Source: Cycas panzhihuaensis (taxonomy: Eukaryota > Plantae > Cycadophyta). Taken from it: 64,000 nt of DNA. The DNA is taken from positions 42,167,741-42,231,740 of the forward strand of contig CM041465.1 in NCBI GenBank assembly GCA_023213395.1. Direction: 5' to 3'. Positions 28,037-42,174 of this stretch are shown piece by piece; the stretch's first letter is position 1, and every line of letters begins with the position of its first letter. Under the pieces are notes generated by a model. The model did no database searches. It saw only the letters and a list, made by a program, of their open reading frames with translations, and was not told the DNA's origin. A program made the translations under genes and the position numbers.

Positions 28037-31000
28037 ATGGCGAGTCGACACAGATGCTAAATGCAAACACCATTAAATTGACAGGTGCTGAAAATTATCT
28101 CACTTGGAAAAAGCAAGCAAAAAACTTGCTGATTATGAATGAATTGTGGGGTTATGTTTCAGGCGAAATTGTCAAACTAGAACCCACTTCTGATCCAGTT
28201 AATCCTCAAAACTCGATTCCAGCAGATCCTGTTGCCTTAGCTTTATTTAAAGCTAAAGATGAGATTGCATTTGCTTTTATTCATTTGTCAGTCAGTGACA
28301 ATGTTGATCAGAATATTGAATCTGCTGCAACTTCAAAAATTGTTTGGGATATAATCGTTTCATTGTATGAACGAAAAGATGACGCACGAATTGTAATGTA
28401 TAAAGCGAAATTATTCAGTTTGAAGTATGTTACTCTAATGGTAGCTTACTTATCATCAATTAAAGCTATCAATAATCAACTGACAACACTTGACAAACCA
28501 ATTACAAATGAAGACCTGGTTACTACAACAATTCATGCTTTTTCCAAAGAGTACAATAGTTTTATTTCTGATATTTCACGAAATGGAACTTTGTCGATTC
28601 TAACTTTTAATGAGTTAGAACGTTTACTGCTGCAAGAAGAAGAAATTTACTCGCGACAAGATGAAGCAAGCACATCTGGTGCTTTCTCCGCAAAGTTTAA
28701 AACTAAACAGCAATTTTAGCCCAAGTAAAACTTTCAGAAACAATTTGGCAATCTTAACATCAAATCTAAGACAGTTGTCTGTCATTACTGTGGCAAAGTT
28801 GGCCACATTCAACCTGACTGTCGAAAACGTCAATATGACTTGCAACAACCTCAACAGCAACAATTTCAACGACAATAGAATTTTCGTCAGCGGCAACAGA
28901 ATCAACAACAGCAGCAACAAAGACCAACTCGAGGTGCATTCCGAGGTGGTCGACAACGAAGAACAAATCGTGGCGGTTTTCAAGGCCACACAGTTCAACA
29001 TGATCTAAGTGAAATGACATTTTTTGCATACAGTGGCAGTCACAATGACAATACTTAGATCATCAACTCTGGCGCATCACATCACATGACAGGTTATGTA
29101 AATATCTTGAATTTTCAAGAATGTCAGGGAGAAACAGTGACATTTGGGGACAATGCCACTATTGAAATATCAGGTCTAGGACAAATTATACCTCTTGATG
29201 AACATTCTGCATTTCCTAATGGAAATATTTTCCTAGTTCCTGGAATGCCTAAAAACTTGCTTTCTATCAGTCAGCTTGATAAGCAGCAGATGAATGTGCT
29301 CTTCAAAGATAGAAAGTGTATTATCAGGAACAAAGACAACCAGATTGTTGCAGTTGGTCATGAAGATCATAGCCTCTACAAATTAGGGACAACATCTGAA
29401 TTTTCACATGCATACGTCTCCTATTCTGTAAATAAAACTCAATTATGGCATGAAAGACTTGGACATCTGAATTTTGATAGTATCAGAGAGATGTTCAGAC
29501 ACAATTTAGTCTATGGCTTACCCAAAATTTCTGGGGGTAATTGCCTTTGCAAATCATATCTTATGGGGAAGCAACATCAAGAACCTTTTCAGAAAGGTAA
29601 GGCCTGGCGAGCACAACATCCACTTCAGCTTGTGTATTCTGACATCTGTGGTCCCATAACCACTCAATCTCATGGAGGATCATCATTCTTCATGACATTC
29701 ACTGATGATTTCTCACATAAAGTGTGGGTATACTTTCTGAAACATAAGTCAAAAGCTTTGAACAAGTTTAAGGAATTTAAACTTGCAGTTGAAAATGAAT
29801 CAGGTATGCAGATCAAAATCCTTCGTACAGATAATGGTGGAGAATATACGTCCAATGACTTTAGTCAATTCTGTATTCAAAATGGCATCAAACGCCAATT
29901 TTTTGCCCCATACACACCGCAGCAGAATGATGTAGCAGAAAGAATGAACAGAACCTTGGTCAATCGAGCAAAAGCTATGATCCATGCCAAAGGTCTCTCA
30001 TTATCATATTGAGCATAAACACTTCATATTGCTGCATACTTGTCAAATCGCAGCTCAACTTCTGCACTTTCGGGTATGACACCCGAGAAGCCCTGGACTG
30101 GCCAGAAACCAACGGTCAGTGATTTACGAACATTTGGATGCACAGCCTACATGAACAACGTCGGAAATTCGACAACAAGAGTCTCAAATACATCTTTGTA
30201 GGATATGCTCTTTGCAGTAAAGCATATCACTTATTTGATCCTCTTACCAAAAAGACGCATACTTTACGAGACGTTGTCTTTGCAGAAAACAATAGGGAGA
30301 TCGACATCAGCATTCCTTCTCTCTCCCTTGACAAAGGCAAAGCCATTCTTGAAGAATTAGTTCCTTCATCTTTCTCAACACCTTGTACTTCATCTGCACC
30401 AGCTACTTCTTCTTCCTCCTCATCTTCCTTTGTGCCTTCATTGAATCCTTCTACTTCTTCTTCAGAGGTTCAGCAATCACCTCCAACACAGGACCATGAA
30501 ACCACATCGTTGAAGAAGCTACCAAAATGGTATATGCAAATGATTGCAGATTCACAGATTGTTGAAAGAAAACGACCATCCACAATGCGGCCATCGTCCA
30601 CTGTCAATTACGCACTTATGGCTGAAGTGCTTACTGCTCCTGAGCCTTCCACTTTTGAGGAGACATGCGAAGATGAAAAGTGGCTGGCTACCATGGATAA
30701 TGAGATCCACTCCATTTACCAGAATGACACATGGGACTTGGTTGAGTTGCTACATGGCAATCAAGCCATCAGTTGTAAATGGATCTATAAATTCAAGTAT
30801 AAGTCTGATGATACTATTGAGCGACATAAGGCTCGCATTGTTGCTAAAGGCTTCAAATAACAAGAAGACATTGACTACACCGAGACTTTTGCACCAGTAG
30901 CCAATATGAATACCATCATGATTGTTATGGCCTTAGCTGCCCAATGCAAATGGCCATTATATCAAATGGATGTCAAAAGTGCCTTTCTCAACGGCGATTT

Positions 31001-32186
31001 GACTGAAGAGGTCTATCTGGAACAACCTCTTGGATATATTTCTGTTGGCAATGAACATCTTGTCTGTCGCCTTAAGAAGGCCTTGTACGGTCTCAAACAG
31101 GCGCCACGTGCTTGGTATTCAATGATCGATGACTACTTTTTGCAGCACAGTTTTCATCGATCCATATCAGATTCAAACCTGTATATCAAGGTTCAAAACC
31201 AGTACATCACAATAGTAGTTTTTTATGTTGATGACTTAATTATCACAGGCAATGATGTAAATCTGATTGAGCGTCTCCAAAGGGACTTGAAAATAAGTTT
31301 TGAGATGACAGATCTCGATCTTCTTCACTATTTTCTTAGCATGGAAATGTGGCAGCAGCCAGGTCACATCTTTATTTCTCAAGCCAAGTACACATGGAAC
31401 ATTTTGCAGCATTTCATAATGGAAGACTGCAAACTTTCACCAACGCCCATGGAGACAGGTACAAAATTGTCGATGAATGAAGAAGGAAAACTTGTTGATT
31501 CCACCCTTTTTAGGCAACTAGTGGGTAGTCTTATCTACTTGACTAACACTAGACCTGATATTTCATATGCAGTTGGAATATGTTCCAAATATATGATCAC
31601 CTAATCGACACTGGAATGCTACAAAACGCATCCTCAGATACCTTAAAGGTACTTTGCAGTATGGACTTCAGTACACACGCAACGAAAACTTCACACTAGA
31701 AGGTTTCTCAGATTCAGATTGGATTGGTTGCCAAGATAGCCGGAAATCCACCTCAGGGTATTGTTTCAACCTTGGGTCAGCCATTGTTTCATGGAATTGC
31801 AAAAAGCAACCAAATGTTACGCTTTCCTCCACTGAAGCAGAATACAAAGCTGTCGGTACGTAGCATGTGAGGCTATTTGGCTCAGACGGATTCTTGAAGA
31901 GCTTGGACTTGAGCAAACACTCCCAACATCGTTGTATTGTGACAATCAGAGTGTTATCAAAATTGCCAAGAATCCTGTATTTCACGCTCGCACCAAACAT
32001 ATTGAGGTTCATCACCATTTCATCAGAGAACATGTGCAGCAAGGTGAGATTGACCTCATCTACAAGCCGACCGATCATCAACTAGCTGACATCTTCACCA
32101 AGCCACTTGGGAAAGAGAAGTTCGAGCATTTCAAAAGCGGCCTCAGCATTCGACTTAATACTGTATCCATTCATGGGAGATGTTAG
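28037..32186 (+). pseudogene. Disrupted copia gag-pol polyprotein of the 22090-32779 element
   Basis: Gag KLTGAENYLTWK, zinc knuckle CHYCGKVGHIQPDC, protease (NSGASHHM), integrase (LWHERLGH, DNGGEY), RT (QMDVKSAFL, YVDD), RNase H (SDSDW, ADIFTK); several stops and frameshifts. Confidence 0.95.
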
Positions 32187-34339
32187 AACCTTCATTCCTA
32201 GCATTAAGTCTTGACCTTGTGTATTTATATTTTTGTCACTTTAGGCCCTTAATCATAAAGTGTCATTTGTTGCATTATAAAATTTTCTTTTGTCCTGTAG
32301 TGACTTTCCTCACATGTACTTATGAGAAGTCAACGTTTGTGGGCTTTCTCTTATGAGAAGTCAACGTTTGTAAGCTTTGTCTCTTGTGAAAAGTCAATGT
32401 TTGTAGGCTCTTACCTTATCCTTGGAGATAGAAGAGTCCTAATCAGATTAGGCTCCTAGTCTTTATTAGTGACATGTGTTGAGATCTCGATCATCCATTC
32501 ACCTTTATAAGGAGCCATATTCTTATGTTTTGGATGTAGTATCTTGTGTTAAAATTATGCTGCTGTAAGTGTTTCTTATAAGTGAAGTATTGAGAGTAAT
32601 TCTCCTTCATGTTTGTATGTGAGATAGGTTGAGTTGGAGTTCAATACTCCTCCCTATCATCTTTCATCTTTGTACTACATCATTTTCATTAATCTAAGTC
32701 TATTGTCCTTCACATTACGATGTCCTCATCGACTTCTCAATAGATTCTGGTTGCTATGTTATCTCCATTGAGTCTTTCACAAAGAATGTTATGTAAATTG
32801 CTAGAAAGATCACTCACATGGTTGAGAAGACCATGAAGAATTATAGAGCATGAACGTCACCCACATGTTAAGAATAATCACAAGACATCTCACAAGTTAG
32901 TCGAGAACTGCAAGGGCTCAACTAAAGATGAACCATAACATTGAGAATTTAGTAGCTGACATAATTAGAGCCCACAAGTATTCGACAAAGGGTAGATACA
33001 CCGACATGAAAGGCAATCATTGAGATAGTAGAAACTTCAGACTACAAGTCAAAAACACACACATAGAAAGCCAAGTTTGAGATTGGGTTACAAAGACTGC
33101 CATGAAACATAATTTGAATTAAGCATAGTTGAAGAAGAAACCATATAAGTTGTTTACATTAAACAATGAGCTAATCCAGGCATAATTCAATGACACCAAC
33201 TCAAAAATACAAATTTGTATTCACACAAGTAGGCTTTGACTACTTTCTCGTCATCGATGACAACATTAGAGATTGGGGGCTGCACATGAGCATATGAGAG
33301 CCCAAGCAAGCATCTAAGTTCGGATATTGATTTGAAAGATACAATTCAAAAATTATTCACTAAATCAAACACCCAAGTCAAATTTATTCGATAGGTAGTA
33401 TACATGTATTTTTTAGAAGTTGTATTTGTTCAAATTCTATTTCATAAAAATTTTAAGTCCATAGTCAAATACCCAAGCCACCAAGCCTTGGTCATGTGAA
33501 AAAAAAGTGTCAATATAATTTGCGGCCACTTGTAGTATCACATTAAATTTTTAATAATACAAGAAGATTCATAACTAAATTTACTCCATTTTTATAGTGG
33601 TCACATTACTCTAAGGTGTCTATTTTTGATTAAAAAAAAAAACTAAATTTTATTTTTAGTGGTGATCATTATTTTTAGTCTCTTTCAACAATATTTCAAA
33701 CATTTGTTGTTCTACAAGTGGCTAGTATGTTGATTTTAATGGCAATATATGTAAACACCAATTCTAAATGAAAAGTTTACGTTCAAACACGATGAAATCT
33801 CATATCAATGGTACAATGCAATTTATAACTAAAAATTGAATGGTTTGATTTATGATGGTTAAATGCTTGAAAATGGATTTTACATTTTTTTAAATAAAAC
33901 AACACATAATTTATGTTCAAATTATCTTATAAGGATGACTATAAGAGTTGTAACAAATTAAAAAAAAGACTACTCCGAATATAGATTACTTTGTTGTAGA
34001 ATTCAACAAAGAGTACTATGATACATCTCATCTGTCCATTAAAGATTTTTTAACTCCTAAGAACACATACAACATTTTGTAAGTGTTGATAAATCATGTA
34101 TACAAATAACTTGCTAATAGGCTAACAATTAAAGAAGATGGTTACCCAACAATTCTAGTAGATGGTTGATTCTTTAATTAAATATTAACAAATGTATCAA
34201 AAAAAAAAATAAAGAAAACAACCCACATTTGAAGCAACATATTTAGCAGAGATTAAAATGTGACAAAACAATGGATCAAATATTATGAAAAAGTGTTTGA
34301 AATAATAATTAATTTATAATTGTTAATTTATTACTCATC

Positions 34340-34692
34340 TCAAACTATTGAGCATTATTAAATTGGGTATACAGATACTCAAGTTTTAAGTGGTTCTTAT
34401 AAGATTCTTAATATATGAACTTTATTAAATTGTATGATTATAACTCACATTTTTGTATATTCCCATAAGTCATCTATAAGAGGTTTTCTAATCTCCTTAT
34501 TCCTCTAAAGTGAACTATTTCTACAAAGATGCATGGGTATTAATGTAATAGATAAAAATTAATCATTCTTCCAATTTCTTTTGTATTTTGAATTGGTACG
34601 TATTTCATATTTTTCTTCAACGCAACATCATAACTTCTCGCATAATATTTTTAAGGTGGAATCCAAGAAATTCATTATAGTATTTCTATCAT
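34340..34692. repeat. Old dispersed repeat, copy 2 (paralog at ~20722-21078)
   Basis: Same orientation and collinear blocks as copy 1. Confidence 0.75.
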
Positions 34693-37490
34693 AATTAAAA
34701 GTTGACAGCATATTCATCCATTATCCAATTAGGTGGTCAATCTAATAATACGTATAAGAGAAAATATGTGAGAGAGTGGTTATACAAGTTAGATTGGGTT
34801 ATAAATTTTATATCCTAACCTCTCAAGTTAGCCATTTAGTTCTACATGGGACTTGTTTTGTGGCAATGGAAGCACCTCAAAATCATCATCTTAAAAAATT
34901 AAGCAAAATCCATTGCTTTGCATTGGAGTGACATAGATAGAATCCAGCTCTCCATAAGTAATTGCAGTACTACCAATTCTCCAAATCCCTATGATATTAT
35001 CAATATTACCCTGACAATTGTAAATATTTGGCAATAGTGAGATTTTCGCCTCAGCTTTGAGTTTCCACAGATCAACCCATAAACAGAAATAATGCTACTC
35101 CATTATTTCCATCAATCCATACCCCGATGCACTTTCATATAATCATGTGTTTTTGTGAAAGCCACCCTAAAAAATCAAGAATCTTCAATTCTACCATCCT
35201 CTCAACTTTAGATGTGCCTATCGGAGTATAACCTGCTTCCACGAGAGGGGTGATTTCTGAATTGCTCGGCTGGGTGTTCTCTGATTGAAAACTATATTTG
35301 AAGCTGTTTTTATGGTTGTAATGGCATGGTTGAAGTCTTGTCAAGTCGTTATCTTGCACTTTGCCCTCTTTGTCATATGTTCTAAACCTACAACAATTCC
35401 CTCCCTTCTGATATGTTGCTAGTTACAGAACACATTTGACAGATGTGATTCAATCAACACTATTTATACGCCAAGTATTCATGTTGATGAGGGTGCCAAG
35501 CCTGTGGATTAGAAGGTTAAATATGTGTATCTGCAAATATCTATCCTACCTACTACAAATTAACTCAAATCTAACCTATGAGCTTCACAAGAACATACTC
35601 GTAGGTCCAAATTTTACCTTACTAATATACTTGAAAGAACTAATGAAAACAGTTTCATAGAAAACACAATACCTTACAAGCTAAGTGCATGGACTGCCTC
35701 TACAAGCTCCTTGACAATACTGAACATTAGGGTTCAACCATTTAGGAAGCTTTGGGTGCTACTGGCAAAGATACAGGACATCCATGCACCAAAGAGAGAC
35801 TTATCTATTAGTTATTTGTTCTGCAAACTCATGACTGATCTCCTCCAAAATCCCTCCCTTAAAAATCTTCCAATGCCTTCCTCTTAGAGTTTCTCTTTCT
35901 TTTGCAGAGCAAGGAAGGAACCCCATACTAATATCAAAACATCAGCTTCAAATAGAGAATGTTCAAGCCTTTTCATTGAGGATGAAAGAATCAGTTCATA
36001 CAGAACACAAACTATTAAACATTTACAAATACAATTCTCTCTTAAATGGCAAGTGATGAGACATAAAAAGGTTCAACTTCCAAGACTTCCAAAATATGAC
36101 TATTTAGTGCTAATGCCAAAATACATCTGATGGATAGTGGGGGTTGATCTTTTGGCAAGCTGTCTCAGATATGCAGAGTATCCACCCTATAAGCTTGGCT
36201 TAGTGCTGGTTCAATAAAATGGCTGCTGTACTTCCCAAGACTCTGGGGAGCAGCCATTCTTACAGGATGGTTCAATTGGTCCATTTCAGGTTGTCATCTT
36301 GATTGTTTTTTGGCTAAAGGAAATCTTAGATTCGTATATTGGAGACAATTCTTGTTTAATTCATTAGTTCTGAATATTTTATCCATGAACTTCCCAATCC
36401 TTTATTTCTGACAAAATCCGTTTTGGGGTAACCAGTCCTGATATCCCACCTTAATGGTACCAAGATTCTGCCTCTATTGATATTCATGTGTTCATTTTCC
36501 ATAAAATAAGCATTAAACAAAATAATATATTTATCCATGTGCTAGATCAATCTTTCCCTCTCCTATCCCTAGGATACAAATACACTTTGGTTCACTCTGA
36601 AGGAAATATAGCCAAGATACACATTTGAAAAACAGGTAGAAACTAGACCCCATTACTGGGGACTCCCTAGACGTGACGCTTTGTATCCCCAGAAAGGTTG
36701 AAACAACCACTGCAAGGTAATTCATACAAGAAATGCAGGTAACCAGCTTAAACAATTATTATGCAATCTAGATGCCTTGTACATGGCATTTTGGCTAGCG
36801 AAACATTTTGTTCTCACTCTATTGTAAATTTTGATATTGCGTGGAGAGCACATTCAGTTAAGAACATAAGAGGAGTCAAAATGTAAATTGCGGTACTCTG
36901 AAGCATATAATGTAAAAGCAAAATATAAAATCTTCTGTTCATCACCAAGGCTGCTGACATATTATGTACCTGAAGGGTAAAAAAATTGCAGATCATCCTG
37001 CCAACCAAACACAGCTGTTCCACTTTTCCAAATAACCAGCTCATAATTCTTCAGAAAGATAGTTTCCTAGACCAGAATGTATTTAAAGCATGAAGATGAA
37101 GTTTACCTTTCACTCCATACTTGGAATTGCAGCAAACAATTGTTCAAGCACAGGCACCATCCTGGATAAATTTAACCTTTCTCACTGGCTGGCTAAGCCA
37201 GGAAATCTGAGAAAGCATGCGCTACTGCATTTGAAGTATACATTGTCTAATTCATGCTAAATGCACTTGGATCTCTACCAAGAACAAACAACTTATTCAC
37301 CAGATTCCTTGCATCACTCACTACAAGGGTGGTTGTTGCATATCAAAACCCATCAAAATCACATAGAAAACAACCTTCCTTCCTAACAGTTCAAATTATT
37401 CACTCTGCAGCCAAGTTAGAACATTGCCACCTTGTCCAAAATTTAATACCGAAATTACCGAGATTAAATCTTATCCCAAGCTTTGTGTGT

Positions 37491-37673
37491 TTAGACAGCA
37501 GGGTTGAGAGCACGCTCAATCTCCTCCAGTGAGCGGCCCTTGGTCTCCACCACATTATTCAGCACATAGATGACAGCAACAATGCAAACGGTAGCAAATC
37601 CTAAGTAAACAGAACTAATTCCAAACTTGTTAACCACACTGAGAAAATATAAACCAATAACAAAGTTTGAAAC
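37491..37673 (-). CDS. pGlcT: Plastidic glucose transporter (MFS sugar porter), last coding exon
   Basis: VSNFVIGLYFLSVVNKFGISSVYLGFATVC...VETKGRSLEEIERALNPAV*; CAG acceptor at 37674-37676; matches the Arabidopsis pGlcT C-terminus as I recall it. Confidence 0.95.
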   Translation of the reverse strand, partial: VSNFVIGLYFLSVVNKFGISSVYLGFATVCIVAVIYVLNNVVETKGRSLEEIERALNPAV

Positions 37674-37781
37674 CTGCAGTAGCAATCAACAAGCACAAGT
37701 CAGTAGCCCACATTAAAAAATGTCTGAAATATAAATCAATATTCATTGTACATAGAAAGGAGGAAAGCTGCAGAATCCTAC

Positions 37782-37896
37782 CCAATGCATTCCCAGAGAC
37801 AGAGCAACAGCCTTAGCACGGATGCGTGAAGCAAATATCTCAGGCAGAAGTAGAGCTGGGACAGGACCAGCTCCCAACGAAAATGAAACCACATAC
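37782..37896 (-). CDS. pGlcT: Plastidic glucose transporter, penultimate coding exon
   Basis: 115 nt: G + YVVSFSLGAGPVPALLLPEIFASRIRAKAVALSLGMHW; CAG acceptor and GT donor; phases fit the neighbouring exons. Confidence 0.95.
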
Positions 37897-38024
37897 CTGT
37901 AAGCAAAACCAGTGATCTCAGAAGAACAACCCTATAAGGTTTAAGACAAATTTTCTTAAACATTCACTGCCAAACAAATGGGCAAATTTTAGAAAGTCGC
38001 TAGTTTGAGAGAGAGTGAACTTAC

Positions 38025-38113
38025 AATACTGTCCCAAGAACAGCAAGAGTACCCGAGTATGGTGCCAACACTTTCCAGGAGAGGGACAGAGAAAGCAGCA
38101 ACATCGACAGAGC
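38025..38113 (-). CDS. pGlcT: Plastidic glucose transporter, third-last coding exon
   Basis: 89 nt: ALSMLLLSLSLSWKVLAPYSGTLAVLGTV + TT; CAG acceptor (38114-38116) and GTAAG donor. Confidence 0.95.
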
Positions 38114-38879
38114 CTGGTTAACCAATTCATCAGCCAGGTATAATAACATCATGACATACAACAGTAGATGATCCATGTTACCAATGAAAATAGATGTGAC
38201 TACCAGATAGATACTCCTAGTTTTCTCCAGCATTGTAGCAGTGCTATATACTGGATTAATCTATGACAAAGTTTGGTTTCTAACATCGCTGTTTTCCCTA
38301 GCACGGCAATTCTTCTTCCTTGTGTACTTGAGCCGCCTCCTACAGCATCCATTCCTATACTCAATGTGCTCTAGAAAATATGGAAGTTGAGAGCTGTTCT
38401 TGGAAACAGGGAATATGGAATTAAGATGACAGACCCCCTAACAAAGAAGAATTAAGACCTGTGGAAGTAAAATGTCAGAAACCATCCAATATTCTCAAGA
38501 TTACACAATACATAAACAACAAGCTACAACTGCCTAAACTGTCCCAAACGTCCCCCAAGCAAAGGGGTCACATTTCAGTCCAAAACATGGTTTGAACCAT
38601 GATGGAACACAAAATAGGAGATGGATATTCTGATTACGTACCAAAATGCAAAAATTGCGTTTCAGAATGGCCGAAATATTTTAACCCCTAGATACATGCA
38701 TTCCAGCCGAAAGCAAAATGCATTTTGGGTTTCTCTGAAGCATGTTTGACGTATGGATAAAACACCCTTCACATTCACAGGCACCATTTTTGTCGCATAG
38801 AGGGTTTTACAATGGTTAATCATGCGATCACACAGCAGTTATAAGGGAAGTGTTCTGTTATTGAAATTGCAAGTATTAG

Positions 38880-41800
38880 ACTCGCAGCCATGGCTCTGTG
38901 AACCCACCATAAAGCATTTACATGCACATTGCCCGCAGTGCGCAACTGCAGTCTAGTGGCCACCCTCATGTGAATACCATTAAGAGCACCCTCTGCAATG
39001 CATCAACTCTGCGGGTGGGCATCACCCACAATGACAACATGAAAATGATGACCAACTCTCATTTTTGGACAGCAGATGACAACACATAGCAGTGATCTTC
39101 CTCCGGATCGGTTATCCACTATGGAGTCATCCGTGAATGCAAAGACTCATCCTGGAAGAACTGGCCATGTGCATAACCAGGAAAGGTCATCAACACAGGT
39201 CCTCATTGGGTAACCAGTTACCAATTCTCCTTCAACTTGGCCACCTACCAACCTAAGAGTGCCATCTAGGACTTACTACCCACATTAAGGTCAGTTTTCC
39301 TGGGACTTTTAGTCACACGGGAATGGGGAGCTGAGAGAGGGATGGGAACCTTTGTACGATAGGGTGGCCATCCTTCATCATTTCGTATAGTGTTCATTCA
39401 AGCCTTTGGTGTGATAGGACCTGCTTGTCATACCACATTTGGTGTGGAGTAGCTTTTTCAATTACCCCCCTTGGGGGAGCTGTTATGACCTAGTAGATAA
39501 CTAGCATCCATTTGAAGATTTTGTGGATAATCAAAGGGAAAAAGATCTTAGCAACAACCTCTATTTGTGTGATAGCAATGGCCCCCAAGACTTACAACAA
39601 TGCGAGCCTAATTTATCTACAATTTCTTTGGATAAGCAAGTGGTTCATACTGCAATGTTAGAGGTGCATTACAGGACTCTCATTGCATGGATCAAAGACT
39701 CCACAGGTTGTGCTTAGACAATGCGTCAAGAACTCTCTTGAAGTTTTGGTTGAAAGGTGAGCTCAATCAAAATCCTGTCTAAGGGTGTCTACTCTTTTAT
39801 CTTTGAATCCCTTGAAGCCTTGAAGCAAGCACTCAAATGAGGCCCATGGATATGCCAATGTAACCTAGTAGCTTTTCACCACTCAGACCTTGATTTTTTT
39901 GTGAATAAAGCTGTAGCTTTCATATGCCCAATGTGGATTGAGTTTCCTGGACTCGGCCTCTACCTGTACATGTTTATCAAAGAGCTCACTAGTCCGTTAG
40001 GAGAGTTTGCAACCCTAAAGCCTCGTAGAGAATTTTGTCCAAGGCCAAACGTTTGAGTCTATGTTAGGGTTGATTTATCCAAAGATCTACTAGAATACAT
40101 CCAATTTTAGTATAGTGATGAACCTCTCAAGCAAAGGGTTGTTTTTCTCAATGCACCTAATGCATGCTTTAGGTGCCACTCAAGGGATCATAAAATTAAG
40201 GATTGCCCATTAGTCTTAGTTAAATTTGAGCAAGCCAACCTTGAGAAAGAGGCTAACCCCTCCCCCATTATCAAACTTGAAAGGAAGTGTATTGAGGTTC
40301 ACAACAAAAAATCCATTGCCCAAGGTGCTAAGCCCAAACCTACTCAAGGAAGAAGCAAAACTCTTGTTAAAACCATGAACAAACAGCCAACTGCTCCTAA
40401 AAAACCTAAAGCCCTAGATAAAGAAGCAAAGAAACCAACTGACGAATCACCCAAGTACCATGACCCTCCCCAGATAATTCCAAAATTTGTGTCAAACATT
40501 GTTTTGACTAGGTTATAGAAGGGGAAGGTTCAAGTTTAACAGCCTCAAGAACCTTCCATCAAAGACTATTTTGAGTATGTAAGCAACAGACATAAGCAGG
40601 ATGTGAACAGGTTCTAAGTGTTAGCCTCTATCTTGGAAGAAAAGGGTAGGGGTATGGACATAAAAAGTGATCATGTTGAGTATCCTTAGCTGGAATATTA
40701 TGGGGATTATTGGCATATGTAGGAGGGCTACGGTCATAAGAATGGGTCGTATGTTCCCTTAGTTGGATATTATGTGCTTGCAAGAGGTCAAATTTGCCAA
40801 TTTGAACCTCAAATTTGCCTTGTCTTATATTTGGTCTAGTTGTTTGCAATATTCTACCTCTCATTTGAAAACAAGAGGTGGCACCTCCTTTTTTGTTAAA
40901 CCCCGGACTAGGGAATAAGATTGTTCAATTTGTATTCGGCCTTGGGAATAGGTATTTTTTCATTATGATTAGGGTTGACAATCTTGTCTTTAGGGATTTC
41001 CAATGTTTATGCTCTAAATAGTCTAGCAGAGAGGGAAGTGCATTGGTCTTGGTTTAGTTCCAACATCCATGAAGCTTCCTGGGGTTTGTGTGGCAACTTT
41101 AACATGGTGGAATCCCAAGAGGACAATGTGGGGGGGAGATCCTTTAGGTGGAATCATGAGGAATGTCATATATGGCAAGGTTTAAAGAGCAAGTTGACAC
41201 TACATGACCCCAATGCATGGAGAGAGAAATTAGGTTCAAGACCCATAGTTTACGTGGTCCAATATAAGGGCTATGCATGATAGAATCTTGAAAAGGCTTG
41301 ATAAGGTCATGATTTCTAACAATTGTCAATTCCAAATAATGCCAAAGGATGGAAGGCCAATCAAAGTCGTTAGCGAGATCGTCTTGTTAGACCATTACCC
41401 TAAGCATTTTGTCATTTCCTGGTGGGATGGAAAAGCGCCTGGCACTAAATCACCTTTTAAGCTTAATACTTCGCACCTCTCCTCCCTAGTTTGCTTCAAC
41501 AACATCAAACAAGTGGGCTTTGCCCCCCTTTCCTAGAGGTCCAATGGGATGGATCACATGGTGGGAACAAGCCATAAGCCTAGTTTCATCCTTCCTTCGA
41601 GGGTATAGGAAGCAAGTAGCTCTTATTAGGAGGAACACTAAGAGAGAATGTATTAGGAAGTTGGTTGCAAGTAGATGCCTGCTAGACTCCAATCTCTTTG
41701 ATGAAGACCACCTTGCTTCTCTTGTTCAAGAGGTTACGTTAGCAAAACTTGGAAGAGCTACAAGTGCTCATGTTAGAGCATGTCTCTATTGGATTAAGCA

Positions 41801-42174
41801 AAGGGATCATTGCTCTAAATTCTTCTTCCAAACCCCAAGGAATAAGCAGGCAAGGGAAGACATAATAGCTCTAAAAACTCCCTAGGGTAGGCCAACCAAA
41901 CAGGAAGAGATTGTTGAGAAGTTTCAAACACATTACCCTCAAGTGTTCTAGGCACAAGCCCCCTCTATGGAGGTTGAAAATACTATGGAAGAGTGTACAT
42001 AGTTGGCCCCTCTTGGAAGGATGATTATGACACCCTTTTCAAGCATGAGAAGTTGAAGGAAGTCCTTCTCAATATGGCCAATGAGAAGACTCCAACAGTA
42101 GATGGTCTTCCTTGTGAATTTTCCAAAGCTGCCTAAGAATTCACGAGTCTTGTACTGTTAAGGATGTATTAGGA
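38880..42174 (+). mobile_element. Intronic L1 LINE, 5' part (ORF1, APE endonuclease, start of RT)
   Basis: ORF1 GPW..MWIEFPGL and CFRCHSRDHKIKDC (~40165); ORF2 ILSWNI (~40683), GNFN, RLDK, DHYP, DGLPCEF. 5' boundary approximate. Confidence 0.88.

Larger units (their letters stand above)
22090..32779 (+). mobile_element. Full-length Ty1/copia retrotransposon with a long leader (carries a PUX8 fragment and a nested element)
   Basis: LTRs 22090-22652 and 32181-32779 (TGTTAG...TTTCA, ~93% identical by eye), PBS TGGTATCAGAGC 22656-22667, PPT just before 32181. Flanks CAACA/CAAAG are an imperfect TSD. Confidence 0.95.

Noticed and set aside
33275-33500. Possible MITE remnants (also ~15545-15660 and ~38530-38800)
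   Set aside because: Only one terminus or a few bases of inverted repeat visible; no TSD.
35135-37044. Short ORFs downstream of pGlcT as a second gene
   Set aside because: No homology recognised; more consistent with 3' UTR or flank.
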